From Eledone cirrhosa (Eukaryota), in assembly GCA_964016885.1 (NCBI GenBank), contig OZ024745.1, positions 86,800,001 through 86,864,000 on the forward strand: DNA of 64,000 nt, written 5' to 3'. Below, piece by piece: positions 27,327 to 40,104 of the stretch (position 1 is its first letter; every line of letters starts with the position of its first letter). The notes below the pieces were generated by a model, which worked only from the letters and a program-made list of their open reading frames with translations, ran no database searches and was not told where the DNA came from. Both the position numbers and the translations under genes were made by a program.

Positions 27327-29330
27327 GTGTAAATTTAGATGGGAACAAAACAGAGAGGCAGACAAATAAAGGTTTATTAGCTTCACCCTCTTGAGAGTGG
27401 GGAGGGGGGACGTTTCGGGCTTAAGCCCTTCTTCAGGAGTAAATAGGTTAGGAAGAGAGTTTCGAGGGTGTGTGGAAATACATTTATATAAAAGGGGGAA
27501 GGAGAACAAATAAAAATAAAAATAAACGTAAAAATAAACATAAGAATAAACAATAAGATGAACAAGTGGTGGAAGGGTGTGAGGCGTGTAAGGGTGGTGG
27601 CGGGTGGAGTTGGGAGAGGGAGGCGGGGGGTCGAAGCGGGGAAGGCTGATGGTGGTGCTCGTGTATGTGTGTAGGTGTTAGGGGGAGGGATGTTAGTATT
27701 GTTAGTTGTGGGAGGGCCGAGGGGTGTCGGACAGAGAGAGAGTGGCTGTTGGGACCATCGAAGGTGGTGGTGTTGGTGATGTGGGGGCAGGTGTGGCAAC
27801 GAGGCCTGGAGCAGGGAAGTGAACCGGGGGTGGGGAAGAAGAGCGTGGATTGGGGGGTAGAGAGCTGTGGACGAGGAGGGTGCGAAGATTGCGTGCGCGT
27901 TTGAAGGAGGGGAGGGGTGGGGATGGGAAGATGGGGGAAGTGGAGGGGTCGGAAGAGGCGGAGGATGGTGCGGTGAAGGGTTAGGGTGGAGGGGTGGTAG
28001 GTGATGGGGAAGGGGAGACGGTGGGTGGGTGCGCGGTGGTGTGGGGTGAGAGCGGTGGAGCTGTGGACAGCACGGGCGCGAGTGAGGGCGGTGTGGACGA
28101 GGGAGGGGGGTAACCTCGCCGGATGAAATGGCTGACTAGGGAAAGGGCTTGGGACTCAAAGTCAGCATCTCGGCTGCAGAGGCAGCGGACCGGAGGAGTT
28201 GGGAGTAGGGAATAGAGTGTTTAGTGTGTGTAGGGTGGGAGGAGGTGAAGTCAAGGTAGGAGTGGGAGTCGGTGGGTTTGAAGAAGGCGGAGGTGACGCG
28301 GGAGCGGTAGAAGGGGTCGAGGGCGATGGAGATGTCTAAGAAGTGGACGTGGGTAGTGGAGATAGAGGTGGTGAAGTGGAGTGAGGGGTGGAAGGAGCAG
28401 AAGAAGGAGAGAAAGGAGTCGAGCTGTTCTCGGGTGAGGGTCGTGGCTCCGATGCAGTCGTCGATGTAACGACCGTACAGTTTGGGCGTGGGGCCGGTGT
28501 ACTGGGCAAAGATTTGGGCCTCAACATGGCGAGCGAAAAGGTTGGCATTAGTTTGAGCCCATTCTTGTGCCCATGGCTACCCCCTTGACCTGTTGGTAAA
28601 ACTCACCCGAGAAGGAGAAGCAGTTGAGGGTGAGGACCAGCTCGGCGAGGCGAAGGTGGGTGGGGGTGGCGTGGATGGAGGTGTGTGAGGGCGAGGTAGT
28701 GCCGGAGAGCACGTAGGCCGTCGGCGAGGGGGATGACAGTATAGAGGGACTGGATATCTAGGGTGAAGAGGATGGGACGTGGGCCGCGTGGGAAAGTGAA
28801 GGAGTCGAACAGGCGAAGGGCGTGGTTGGTGTCGGAGATGTGAGAGGGGAGGGTGGTGACGAGGGGGGCGAGGGTGGAGTCAAGAAAGGCGGAAATGAGT
28901 TCGGTGGGGCAGTTGCAAGCAGAGACGATGGGGCGGCCGGGGTTGTCAAGTTTGTGGAGTTTGGCAAGGAAGTAGATAGTAGGGGTGCGGGGGGTGCGCA
29001 CCATGAGGTGGGAAGCGGTGGGAGGGAGGAGGAGACAAGGTGTTTGATGTTGGAGGAAACTTGTTGTTGGTAGAGGGGTGTGGGGTCAGAGAGTAGAGGG
29101 CGGTAGAAGTGGGGGTTATGGAGCTGCCTGAGGGCTTCAGCCGTGTAGAGGTCAGCACGCCACACCACCACGGCGTCTCCCTTGTTCGCCGGTTTGATGA
29201 CGATGTCATCTCGGCTACGGAGGGAGCGGAGAGCGAGGAGTTCGCCGCGTGAGATGTTATTCCGTTTGGAACGGTGGCGGAAGTCGAAGCGATTTACTGC
29301 GCTACGGCAGGCGTCAACGAACGTGTCCTG
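27327..29330 (-). mobile_element. 5'-truncated Penelope-like element (Neptune-type), RT pseudogene, GIY-YIG missing
   Basis: IVIKPANKGDAVVVW, PGRPIVSACNCPTE, LFTLDIQSLYTVIP, RYIDD, HFLDI, FFKPTDSHSYL...SSHP, linker PCSRPRCHTCPHI, then a pLTR with an HHR core. Confidence 0.92.
27409..27440 (-). ncRNA. Minimal HHR core in the PLE pLTR (stem I unpaired)
   Basis: CTGAAGA-a-gggc ttaa gccc-GAAA-cg-TC. The flanks do not form stem I. Confidence 0.6.
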
Positions 29331-30770
29331 GGACTTCCAGTGTGTGTAATCCATCCCCATGGTAGAGGGAATTTCCGGGAGTAGCTGATGGCTGGTTCCT
29401 CTCTTCTCCACTATATCGGTTACACCATAGAGCACTCAACGTTTTGGAGCTAAATTCTTAAGGTAAATATTGATCCAATTCAAGCACTCAACGCACCTTT
29501 TCCACATAGGCGTGACGGAGTATATATCGAATAAGAAAAAGCGAAGTAGTTTCAGATGTTAAAGTCCTACCATGGGGATGGATTAAACACACTGAACATC
29601 CCTGGTACTGGACGGACATAAAATTATAAACTAACTTTCGACAGGATAAATACGCTGAAATAAAAGCAATATAAAACCCCTATATTCCTGCAGCAAATTG
29701 TATTTGCACAGAGGCCTTGAACAGAAGCCCCCTCACTTCACCAGATAACAAATCTTTATATGGATAAATTGACAATCACGTTAACCACGTATACCCTCAT
29801 TTCAATGCTCGTATATATATCTCCTATCTCATTTTACATATGTATCTCATTTTGCATCTATGTATTTTATGTATTATTTGTATTTTGTGTTTTATTCCAT
29901 CTGATAGAGATATTAACTATGTATTCGCCTCATTACTACGTTCGATACTGTACGATACTATCGTTCAATATGTGGATAATATATCTTTAATATTGATCTC
30001 CCTTTCAAAACTTCTTAAAATAATTTAAACATCTCCCTATTTATTAGTGATTATATCTACATATATTTCTTTACTTACTTCAATCTAGATTCCAACATGT
30101 AATTTTTTATTTGTTTTAAAATTTTCGTTTTTTAATTTTTAATTTTTAATTTTTAATTTTTAATTTTTAATTTTTAATTTTTAATTTTTAGTTTTAATTT
30201 CCAACTCTCATTCATAATCTTCACTGTGAAAACATAATTGTTTCTACTTTAGGCACAAGGCCAGCAAAAACACCCAGTGCATTACTGGTAAACATAATAC
30301 CTAGAAATAAGTATATTTTCTCTTAGCGGGCGATGGTCAATTCTACTGTCCATGCTTAACTTAGAGGTAGTATTGAGACCTATTGATACTCATACTCTCC
30401 CACCCCCACTGGTTTTCGGCCGGCTAGCAGTAAACTATAACCGTGTCATATTACAGGCTGGATGGGGTCAATGTTTGGGGGGGGGGGGGTGTGTGCTGCC
30501 TAGACTTGTTTCGTAGACCTCTGTGGTAGTTGATGGTCAACTTCCTTCGGACCTGCGCCTGCGCAGACTGGTGCGGGTGAATTGGGACTCACAAGGGAAC
30601 GGGCGAAGAACCCAAGTGCACACGATTTATCCGTTCCCATGTCGATTCAATTTGGATTGCCTCGGAAACATAACCTTATTATGTATCAAGCTGTCTGACG
30701 ATGTCACGGCACTGGCGCACCGAACCGTGTGGCCACTGTCGTCATTGATATCACAGCATTATCATTAAAT
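29330..30770. mobile_element. Non-coding HHR element, locus 2: 5' ~235 bp inverted (29330-29567, -) plus remainder (29568-30768, +)
   Basis: Homologous to 25398-26579. The HHR at 30690-30757 is damaged (CTGACGA; GAAA/stem III partly deleted). Confidence 0.85.
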
Positions 30771-30774
30771 ATGT

Positions 30775-30965
30775 ATAAGGTGGTGGATTGGCAGTATCGG
30801 TAGAGGGTCGGACGCCATGCTTTCCAGCATAGTTACGTCCCTTTACGATCTGAGTTCAAATCCCGCCGAGGATGACTTTGCCTTTCATCCTTACGGGGTC
30901 GATAAAATAAAGTACCAGTAATGCACTGGGTAATTGCTGGCCTTGTGCCTAAAGTAGAAACAATT
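30775..30965 (+). mobile_element. tRNA-SINE with apparent TSD
   Basis: Full family copy flanked by attatcattaaatat on both sides. Confidence 0.85.
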
Positions 30966-31030
30966 ATCATTAAATATATATCAAAGCATTATGTATCACA
31001 GAATATGTATCACATCATTATCACAGAATA

Positions 31031-31060
<30 letters not shown>

Positions 31061-31068
<8 letters not shown>

Positions 31069-31404
31069 ATATGGTTTGCCTGACTCGATTTAACGTAATA
31101 AATCAATAAAAATAACAAACCTATCCTTGCGAAACAGATTTACATCTGTCCGAGTATCATAGGCTATTTGCCCGATATAGGTTTGTTATTTTTATTGATT
31201 TATTACTTTAAATCGAGTCAGGCAAACCATATTGTTTTACATTAGTATTTTTCAACCTTGGTCTTTTGCAATTGGAACCCATTTATACTTATATCTGTGT
31301 TCATCCCTCTCATATATCCAATTATATTACACGGCTCGGAAAGATTGCCTTCTTTGAGCTATTTAATTGTAAAAGACTATTTTGAGTTTCTAACTCAATC
31401 TATG
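31061..31404 (+). mobile_element. Fold-back PLE-pLTR-like element (copy 2 of 26646-26984)
   Basis: Near-identical arms, loop and tail, flanked by (TA)n. Confidence 0.8.
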
Positions 31405-31424
31405 ATATATATATATATATATAT

Positions 31425-33019
31425 AAAAACTAACCCTTAAGGAACATATGTTCAAATTTAATTGAAAAACATATGCCCAAGAGGAGGGAGCAGCCATTGG
31501 TGTTAGCATTGCAGGTGACATAGCTACCCTATTCATGGTATGATGGGACAATAAACTTAAAGAACAATTAGAAGACAGCAACCTCGTAACCGGTACTAGA
31601 CACAGAGCTCTGGTTAGAAACCATCAATAACAAAAAACAAATCCTCCATTCCCATTATGCCAAACCTATGACTTCCAAATTATCTGATCCACCGAAACTC
31701 AGCTGTTTCGGATCACACCAAAATCAACATACCGATTGCGGATTTAGTACGGGTGATGAGAAACGCGTCCCGCATGTGCAACCCCATAGAACTAGAGAGA
31801 CACATACAACACTTCATCCACCGTTTGCAGTTCTCTGGTTACAATCAGAGAGATAAAATCAGAGTATATAGAGGAGCCAGAACCAAATGGGAAAAAATGG
31901 TAAATATTGATACAAATGGGACCTGCCCGTTGTATAGGAGCACATTTTGGAATAGAATAGAAAGAATTAGGAATAAGGTTAATAGAATGAACTCATGGTA
32001 TGATAGCAATACATACCAGAGTGTAATGTTCATGAATACAACCCCTAGAGGTGAATTAGCTCACAAATTTAGAAGGGCCCTAGATAAACTTAAACTTAAT
32101 ATTAAGATAGTAGAAAGACCAGGTACCTCCATAAAAACACTTATTAGTAATACATACCTTTTTCAAAGACCTCCCTGTATAGATAAGAAATGCATAATCT
32201 GTAAACTAAGCCCCCATATTAACTGTAAAACTAGAAACATAGTACATAGCATAAGATGTACTGAAGGACAATGTAAATATAAGAATATAGTGTACATAAG
32301 CGAGACAGCTCGTAGTATAGGAGAACGGTTAAATGAACACTGGCGAGAGCTTCAAGATAGAAAATAATCATCAATACTCCACCAACATGCTAAAATAGAA
32401 CATAAGGGCAAATTAGAGAACATAGAAATAAAAATACAATCTACACACAGAAAAGACGCAATGTTTAGACAAATCACAGAGGCAATAAACATAAATGAAC
32501 TCTAACCAAAATTAAATAGAAAACATGAATTCAATAGCAAAATCACAACTTACAATTAAGGACAAAATGAAAACACACACACATAGAACAAACAACCAAC
32601 CAGTAACATGTAAATAAACAAATAAATAAATAAATAAATAAACAAATAAAAATACACGCAGACACCCGGATGTAACACATGCGCAAACTAAGCACACAAC
32701 ACGCACAAAAACAAGATGGCGTAGGACAGAACAAAGGAGAGGCACAAAACAAAGAAAAGAATCCCCAGTCACTGAAGAGTTCACAGGATGTGTGAAGAAA
32801 GAACTTTGACAATAAATGAACAACTGTCCGGTTGTGGAACCAACCAACCAACCGGAAATTTATAAATTCCTAAATTTATAAATTTAATTTATAATAAATT
32901 GAAGTGAAACAACGGGTGCGTGTGTTTCTTATTGGCAACATGACCCTCCCAAAGCATAATAATATCGGTTTCAACACACGTTTTCAGATAAAGAATCTTG
33001 CTAAACAAATTCAGAAACG

Positions 33020-33022
<3 letters not shown>
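31425..33022 (+). mobile_element. Truncated, internally deleted Penelope-like element (possibly Nematis-like) with RT remnant and GIY-YIG endonuclease
   Basis: QEEGAAIGVSIAGDIA, HYAKPM, SGY, CIDKKCIICK...NCKTRNIVHSIRC...VYISETARSIGERLNEH...HQHA, RQITEAI. Flanked by (TA)n. Confidence 0.9.
32768..32810 (+). ncRNA. Minimal type I hammerhead ribozyme in the PLE 3' UTR
   Basis: gtca-CTGAAGA-g-ttcaca ggatg tgtgaa-GAAA-gaac-TT-tgac. Confidence 0.82.
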
Positions 33023-33055
<33 letters not shown>

Positions 33056-33182
33056 AATTAAGTTAAAGTGTACATCTATATATGTATACGGAAGTATATG
33101 TATGCATATAAATACACATATGTATACATATGTACATGTACCGAGTTAGAAGTGAAACGAAATTTAATTTCGTTTCGTATTC

Positions 33183-33269
<87 letters not shown>

Positions 33270-33272
<3 letters not shown>

Positions 33273-33436
33273 CGAAGGATAGGTGGTAAGGAACCAGATG
33301 GACCATAACGCCCCAAAGTACTCAATACTTAAGGTAGTAGAAAGGGTAATAGGAAAATTTTGACCCCGACGGCAGAGCTCAAGCCGTTTCGACGGCTATT
33401 TCTGGAAATAGCCGTCGAAAGGTCTTGAGCCGTCTG
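33270..33436 (-). mobile_element. Short fold-back element at (TA)n (copy A)
   Basis: Homologous to 39651-39842. Hairpin ctcaagccgtttcgacggctatttc-tg-gaaatagccgtcgaaaggtcttgag. Confidence 0.75.
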
Positions 33437-33627
33437 TGTGTGTTTGTATGTGTGTGTGTTAGTATGTGTGTGTATGTATATGATGTTTGTATGAGCATGT
33501 GTGTATATGTGCGTATGTGTGTACCTGTATTGCATCTGTGTATGTACGGTGCATATATATATATATATGTGTGTATGTGTGTGTGTGTGTGTATCTTTGT
33601 GTGTGTGTGTGTGCGTGTGCGTGTGCC

Positions 33628-33660
<33 letters not shown>

Positions 33661-33975
33661 ATGTGTGTGTAATATTCCTAGCGGCTAATATAATTTATAT
33701 TGCTGGTTTGTCATTTACATCAAGCGGCATTTTCCTGAGATCAACCATGTCAAGCCGTACATATCCACTTTTCCTTTTCTTACCTTCAAGCATCTCTCAT
33801 TCGGGATTAGAAGTTCTTTAGGGAAATTTATCCATTGTAAGCTTTCAAGAAGAATGCATATGCTGCCATAATGAATTGATTTATATCAAAGCCTTAGCGA
33901 ACCAGAGAAGAGATTACATTATTGAACTTCATTGGAATTCTTATATAATTCACTACGTCAAGCGAAATTATGTTA

Positions 33976-35030
33976 TACGAGGCTTGTTACCGAAAGTAAG
34001 GGTACTGATTTTCCTATGCACGACATGGTAACACAGCATCTCGTTGATGTATATAGGAGTATTGGTTATGGCTTTGACTGCACGTACATACTTGTTTCAA
34101 TATTGAATCAGTCGCGAGTTATTTCTGTTTATGTACAGACGTGTTTATAACCTCTGTTACGTTTGCGATGCTCGAAAATATCAAACAAATTTTGTCTGAA
34201 ACTCAACAAAAATGCCACCGAAACATCTAATTCTTTAACACAAGTTTATAGAGATGCCACTCTATTGAGAAGTAAGGTTTTTAAGTTTCACAAAGCTTCC
34301 AAAGAGGGCCGAAAAAAGGTTGAAGACGAACCTCATTCTGGAACCAATCTTGTCAACAAATGAACAAAATGTGGAAGTGGTGCGAAAGTGATGGCGAAAG
34401 ATCACCAATTAAGTGTTAGGATGGGTGCAGTAGAAACGGGCTTGGATAAAAATGCAGTTCACATAATTTTAACAGACGAGTTGCGCATGCGGAAAATTTG
34501 TGCAAAACTAGTGTCCAAAAACTTATTTGTGAAGCAACAAGTGAACTGATTGGAAATTTGTCAGAATTTGCTAGAAAAACTCGAAATTGAGCCAAATTTC
34601 CTGGATAAATTGACAACAGGAGATGAATCATGGGTGTTCGAGTATGATCCAGGGACAAAATGGTAAAGTGAGAAGTGGCACGAAAAATTCTCCTCATACA
34701 TGAGCAGATCCAGGTGAAAATGATAATTATCATTTTGTTTTCGACAACCGTGGTATTGTTCACAAAGAGGTTTTACCTCCAAGACAGACAGTTAATCCCA
34801 CCTTCTACAAAGATGTCTTAGAACGACTTTGAAAACAGGTTCAGCAAGTCTGAAAGGACATTGCAGTAGATTGAATACTACACCACAATAACGTGACTAC
34901 TCACACTACTTTCAATTATGGAATTTCTAGTGAAGAAAAACATTCCCGGTCTTCCACACCCTCCCTACAATCCAAATCTAGTTCCGTGTGATTTCTATCT
35001 ATTCCCTAAGTTGAAATCAAAGTTGAAGGG
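33976..35030 (+). pseudogene. Mariner (DD34D) transposase remnant
   Basis: KFCLKLNKNATET, VEDEPHSG, TTGDESWVFEYDP, FFDNRGIVH, HPPYNPNLVPCDFYLFPKLK, and a TACGAGG-type left end. Confidence 0.9.
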
Positions 35031-35252
35031 TGTGTTTGAGTATGTGTGTGTAAGTGCGCACATGCGTATGTGAGTGTATATGTGTATGTGCGTGTGTGCA
35101 TGTTTGTTTTATATTGTGCACATATCTATGTGTGTATAAGTATTTCCAAACTTTTATATTTTAGTTATTTGATTATGCATTTATACACGCAGGAATCCAG
35201 AGACACATGCTACACACACACACACTAGCGCGCGCACACACACACTAGCGCG

Positions 35253-35332
<80 letters not shown>

Positions 35333-35384
35333 CATGTAATGTATATTGCTTTCGCCGTAATATTTTTGACTATAATATAGTCTA

Positions 35385-35580
35385 ATAATTACTTCTACTT
35401 TTGGCACACACCCACCAATTATCACAGTGCATTACTGGTACTTTATTTTATCGATCCCATGAGGATGAAAGGCAAAGTTAACCTCGGCGGGATTTTTACT
35501 CAGATAATAAAGGGCCGTAACTCTATGCTGCAATGCATGGCGTCCGACCCTCTACCGATACTTTCTATCCTCCGCCCTTA
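35385..35580 (-). mobile_element. tRNA-SINE
   Basis: Match to the dominant family. Confidence 0.8.
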
Positions 35581-35911
35581 ATCTAATAATGGGGCGTATA
35601 AACCAACACAATGAAAGAATTTGGCGTCCAGCATGTGCTTCAATTCCATTACCACACCTTTAGTATTTTTAGTAATCCTTTACATTAACCAATGGCTCGT
35701 ACTGAAAGTGTTTTGCAAAGATTTTGGGTATGTTTCATTTTCCATATAAGAAGTGGCATGAATTCACTTACGAGATTTTGCAATGGAATGCCTTCACTGG
35801 AAATTCCTGCATTTCTACTTCTGTCTTCTTGTAGAATAACCAATATGTTGGAATGAATAATGTCAGTACGATACATGCCAAGTACATGTCTATCTTTAAG
35901 ATATGTTAAAG

Positions 35912-36229
35912 CAGGGGCGGGAAACAGGCGGCCCGCGTGCCACAATCTGGCCCGCCAGAGCAGTCAGAGTGGCCCGCGATGACCGTTTGTAATTATTACA
36001 TTGTAGGCTTATTTAGAATTTTTTCGTAACCCTAATACAATTTTCTGTTAGTTGACCTATGCTAAAGGGCTTCACTGATAGGGTTATGTGTGTTATAATT
36101 TCCCAGTTCCATGTTATGGAAAGAAGTTGTGGTGAATATTTGTAATAGTGCTTAATAAATAGTAATGGCCCTAATAGTTGTTCCAATGTTCAATAGTGGC
36201 CCGCAAATGGAATATGTTGCACAGCCCTG
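35912..36229. mobile_element. hAT (Charlie-like) MITE
   Basis: CAGGG...CCCTG ends, GGCCCGC subterminal motifs, and a perfect 8-bp TSD TGTTAAAG. Confidence 0.88.
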
Positions 36230-36489
36230 TGTTAAAGGGTAATTAATGTTTGCAATTTAATCTGGGCGATGTTCTGTACGTTATTGATGTTTTCTCAGCT
36301 TTTCCGATTATTTATGTAGGTTTAAAAACGTTCATGTTTACAATATGTTGTTACTATTGCCATAGCATCTTGATAATATTGATACATTTGCCGTCAACCT
36401 ATATGAAAAGAAAAAGGCGGTATAACTGTAACTTCTGGCTAAATATTTCTTTTTTTATTTTACATTGAGATAGTCCAATAGCCAATTAT

Positions 36490-37015
36490 ACTTTACGGCA
36501 CGAAGCTAAGATTGATTATATCTCATTAACTTCAACAATGACATCCAACCTAGACGCCCACTCTACCTGTTGTAGATGCGCATCAGCATGAGATATTCTT
36601 CTCTACAAAATGCGATCACCAACAGAAGAATTTAAAGCGCAACGGTCAAGACCAGTCAATAAGTTGACATTATCAAGCCAGCGTTTTTGCTGTCGACCTT
36701 ACCGGCTAACCTTTTGCTTCTCTTACCGGCTAACCTTTCTCCTAAGTATAATTTACTCATACTACGAGCTGATCTTTTAATATGACCATACAGTTTAAAT
36801 ACTCTTGACTTGATAACTGATATGATTGGATTGGTTTAAGCTTGGTAGTTTTGAGTAGCTGATTGATAGAGATATGTTCATTGAGTCGTTTGTTAGTGAT
36901 AAGTCTCATGATGTGGTTCTGGAATGTAGAAAGCTTCTGAAATGACATTGTCATCCAGTTAACATAATCAAGACCATATAACACAACTGGTAAGATATTC
37001 GTTTCACTGTTAGCA
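36490..37015 (-). pseudogene. RTE-like LINE 3' fragment
   Basis: ILPVVLYG..., LSTFQNHIMRLI, GHI, and GRQQKRWLDNV. Confidence 0.7.
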
Positions 37016-37369
37016 ATTTTTTGTTCCTGTTGAAAGCTGCCCAACCCTGAGTGCTGTGAAATTACACAGTGACATATCTAGTCACTAAATACTGATACTC
37101 GGTCTTGGCACCCTTAACCCAACGAACCATCTAGGGTATGAGAGCTGGAGGGAGAGGCCTCGGCCGAATTTGAATCCAGGGTGCAGAGATTCGGTACATA
37201 TATCACAACATATTCTATATGATCTAACGAATGTGCATTACCAGTGGAAATGAAATGAACTATCTACTAACCGAAATTGATTCCTAGTTGCAATCTTTGC
37301 TCAACACTAGCTTACTTCTTGTTAACGTCGCTCGAATATTCAGGCATAGTTCTTAGCCATAGGACCACC

Positions 37370-37545
37370 TCCCTACTAACCACCATCAGTACGGAGTTGG
37401 CTACTCGTATGTGTAAGCCTTACGAATTGGAATGGCTCTTTCAACGCGTCTCCCTCACCATCATCCAGGGAAACATCTTCTCTATTCTGTCCACCGGGAT
37501 CGCGTGGCAGCTGGCGCGCGGGTTCCCATTTGTATATAATAGTGA
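37370..37545 (+). pseudogene. CRE-clade non-LTR retrotransposon 3' end remnant
   Basis: EWLFQRVSLTIIQGNIFSIL matches the CRE C-terminal LFQRIS.AI.RGN motif (recalled, not searched). Confidence 0.65.
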
Positions 37546-37629
37546 GAGAGACGGAGGCAGCGAGTGAAAGAGAGAATATTAATGCATACATATATATATC
37601 GTCTTGTATGTAATTCCAAAACTACCTAC

Positions 37630-37730
37630 AAACATATTCATACAGAAAAGAAGCCATTTCACTGTGATATCTGTGGTAAATCATTTTCTGCAAATAAAGA
37701 CTTAACAAAACACAAACATCTTCATACAAA
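37630..37730 (+). pseudogene. Isolated C2H2 zinc-finger fragment
   Basis: HIHTEKKPFHCDICGKSFSANKDLTKHKHLHT: one finger with a degenerate TGEKP linker. Confidence 0.8.
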
Positions 37731-38249
37731 TAAGGAGATTATTTTTACAAACTCACTGAGATTTGTTACTCAGATTATATTTCATGCAACACATTTCAAC
37801 TAAATTATATAAAGTTTACGATAATTAATGGAAAGCAAAGATATAATGGAAGTATGGGGAAGGTTGAGGGAACGACAGACACTACGCCCCAGTCTACGCG
37901 GTATGTCTCAGCTGTGCTCCGCGAAAAAGACGTCTAAACCACTGCCGCCGAGAACAGCCAGCGACACACGTAGCACCAACCACTCCACTCCACCTCATGT
38001 GGCTTTGACCCGAGGTGGGTAGCACGCCTCCCAATTTTGTGGATGAAATCAATATTTCAATTAGTGCTAACATAATTAATGAGTATTACATACCTAATTA
38101 GAAGTAATTATGCGACGAGAAAAAGGCATCTTTACTGCAATTATAAATATTATTCTAATATTTACAATAATTACGAGAAGTCATCTCCGTATGTATTTCA
38201 GTGTTGTTAAACCTTCTCAATGATACCTAGACTTCACCGTACGAATAGA

Positions 38250-38855
38250 AATAATTGTTTCTACTTTTGGCACAAGGCCAGAAGTTACCCAGTGCATTAC
38301 TGGTACTTTATTTTATCGACCCTGTGAGAATGAAAGGAAAAGTTAACCTCGGTGGGATTTGAACTCAGAACGTAAAGGGCCGTAACTCTATGCATCAGAC
38401 CCTCAGAAATAATGATGACACAATCGTTATGTTGGATATATAATAATTTCTGATTTAGGCACAAGGCCATCAATTTTTGAGGAGGGGAAAGTTGATTAAA
38501 TCGACCTCAGTATGTTACTGGTACTTTACTTTGTAGACCCCAAAGGCAAAGCTAACCTCGGCAGGATTTGACCTCAGAATGTAAAGAGACGTAAACCTAT
38601 GTCATATAGCATGTTGTCTGACACTCTACCGATACTGCCACTCCACCGCCTCTATCTTACATATATAATGATTTCTACTATAAGCACAAGGCCAGTAATT
38701 TGGGGGAAGGGAAAGTCGATTAAATCGACCCCAGTACGTTACTAGTACTTTATTTTATAGACCCTGTAAGGATGAAAGGCAAGGTTAACCTCGACGGAAT
38801 TTGAACTCAGAGTGTAAAGGGCCGTAACTCTATGCTACCAATCCACCGCCCTTAT
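38250..38855 (-). mobile_element. Tandem cluster of 3 tRNA-SINE copies
   Basis: Match to the dominant family. Confidence 0.85.
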
Positions 38856-39473
38856 GTTAGATATATAATAGAATAACTTTGAAACCTATGCGTTGTTAGG
38901 CTAGAAATATAACACTTAAGAGAGAATAATTTTCTCTAGCCATTACTACATTAGATTTTAATAGATCTGAATAGCTTCAACTAAAATGATAAAGCGAAAT
39001 TATATAAACCGAAGATAATACAGTTTAGACTATATAATGGTAGTAAACGTAAAACAATTTATTGAAAAATACTTAAATATAAACAATTCGACATAACCAG
39101 ATATTGGAAACCACAATTATACAGAATTTCAATCCAGAGATATATATTCATAAGTAGATCTTGCAATTTATGCTGCATTAATCGTTTTATGTTTCATTAA
39201 CCTTGCGTTATGTACTTCATTCAATCATGAGAAAAGTTCATAAAATACTATTAAATATGACAAAATTACATTTACTAGTAGGTGTGTATAGGTAACTAAA
39301 CCATTAAATCTATTTAATTGACGAATTTTCTGTTGATATACATGCTCTGCTCTTTCATAAAGGGAATGTTGAGTACATTCCTGCTTTTACACATAAACAT
39401 TTAAGCAAATACATTGCATACACAAGCTCACACTCATACATATATAGACACGCAGGCATACTGCACACGTACA

Positions 39474-39505
<32 letters not shown>

Positions 39506-39588
39506 CTTGTACGTACCTATATATAAATAGATATATAGGTAGATAGACGACAGATAGACAGATGGATGAATGGATAAATAGATAGATG

Positions 39589-39650
<62 letters not shown>

Positions 39651-39653
<3 letters not shown>

Positions 39654-39840
39654 CGAAGGAAATGTGGTAAGGAACCAGGTGGACCATAACGCACCAAAGT
39701 ACTCAATACTTGAGGTAGTAGAGTGGGTAATAGGAACCAGTAAGACCCCGACAGCTGAGCTCAAGCCGTTTCGACGGCTAATTCGACGGAATTAGCCGTC
39801 GAAACGGCTTGAGCTCAGCTGTCGGGGTCTTACTGGTTCC

Positions 39841-39842
<2 letters not shown>
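39651..39842 (-). mobile_element. Short fold-back element between (TA)n tracts (copy B) with a perfect ~54-bp-arm palindrome
   Basis: 39731-39784 is the exact reverse complement of 39789-39842, with loop gacg. Confidence 0.85.
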
Positions 39843-39881
<39 letters not shown>

Positions 39882-40104
39882 GATGTGAGTGAAACCGAAG
39901 TTCCGGTGCTCGGCCAGCATCCACGAAAAGACAATATTCGGAAGCTTTGTACGAAGCACTCAATAAGAAGATATCGATAAATCGATAGGTTACATCTTAG
40001 AGTAATAAACATCCGTTAAAAGGCGTGAGAGATTGAAAACTGTGGTTAAGGGGACAAAGCCGCAGAAGCCACCACAACAACGAAAATACATATATATATA
40101 TATA

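Noticed and set aside
28758-29435. 225-aa ORF as a genuine protein
   Set aside because: It is a chimera of non-coding HHR-element sequence and a frameshifted PLE RT fragment.
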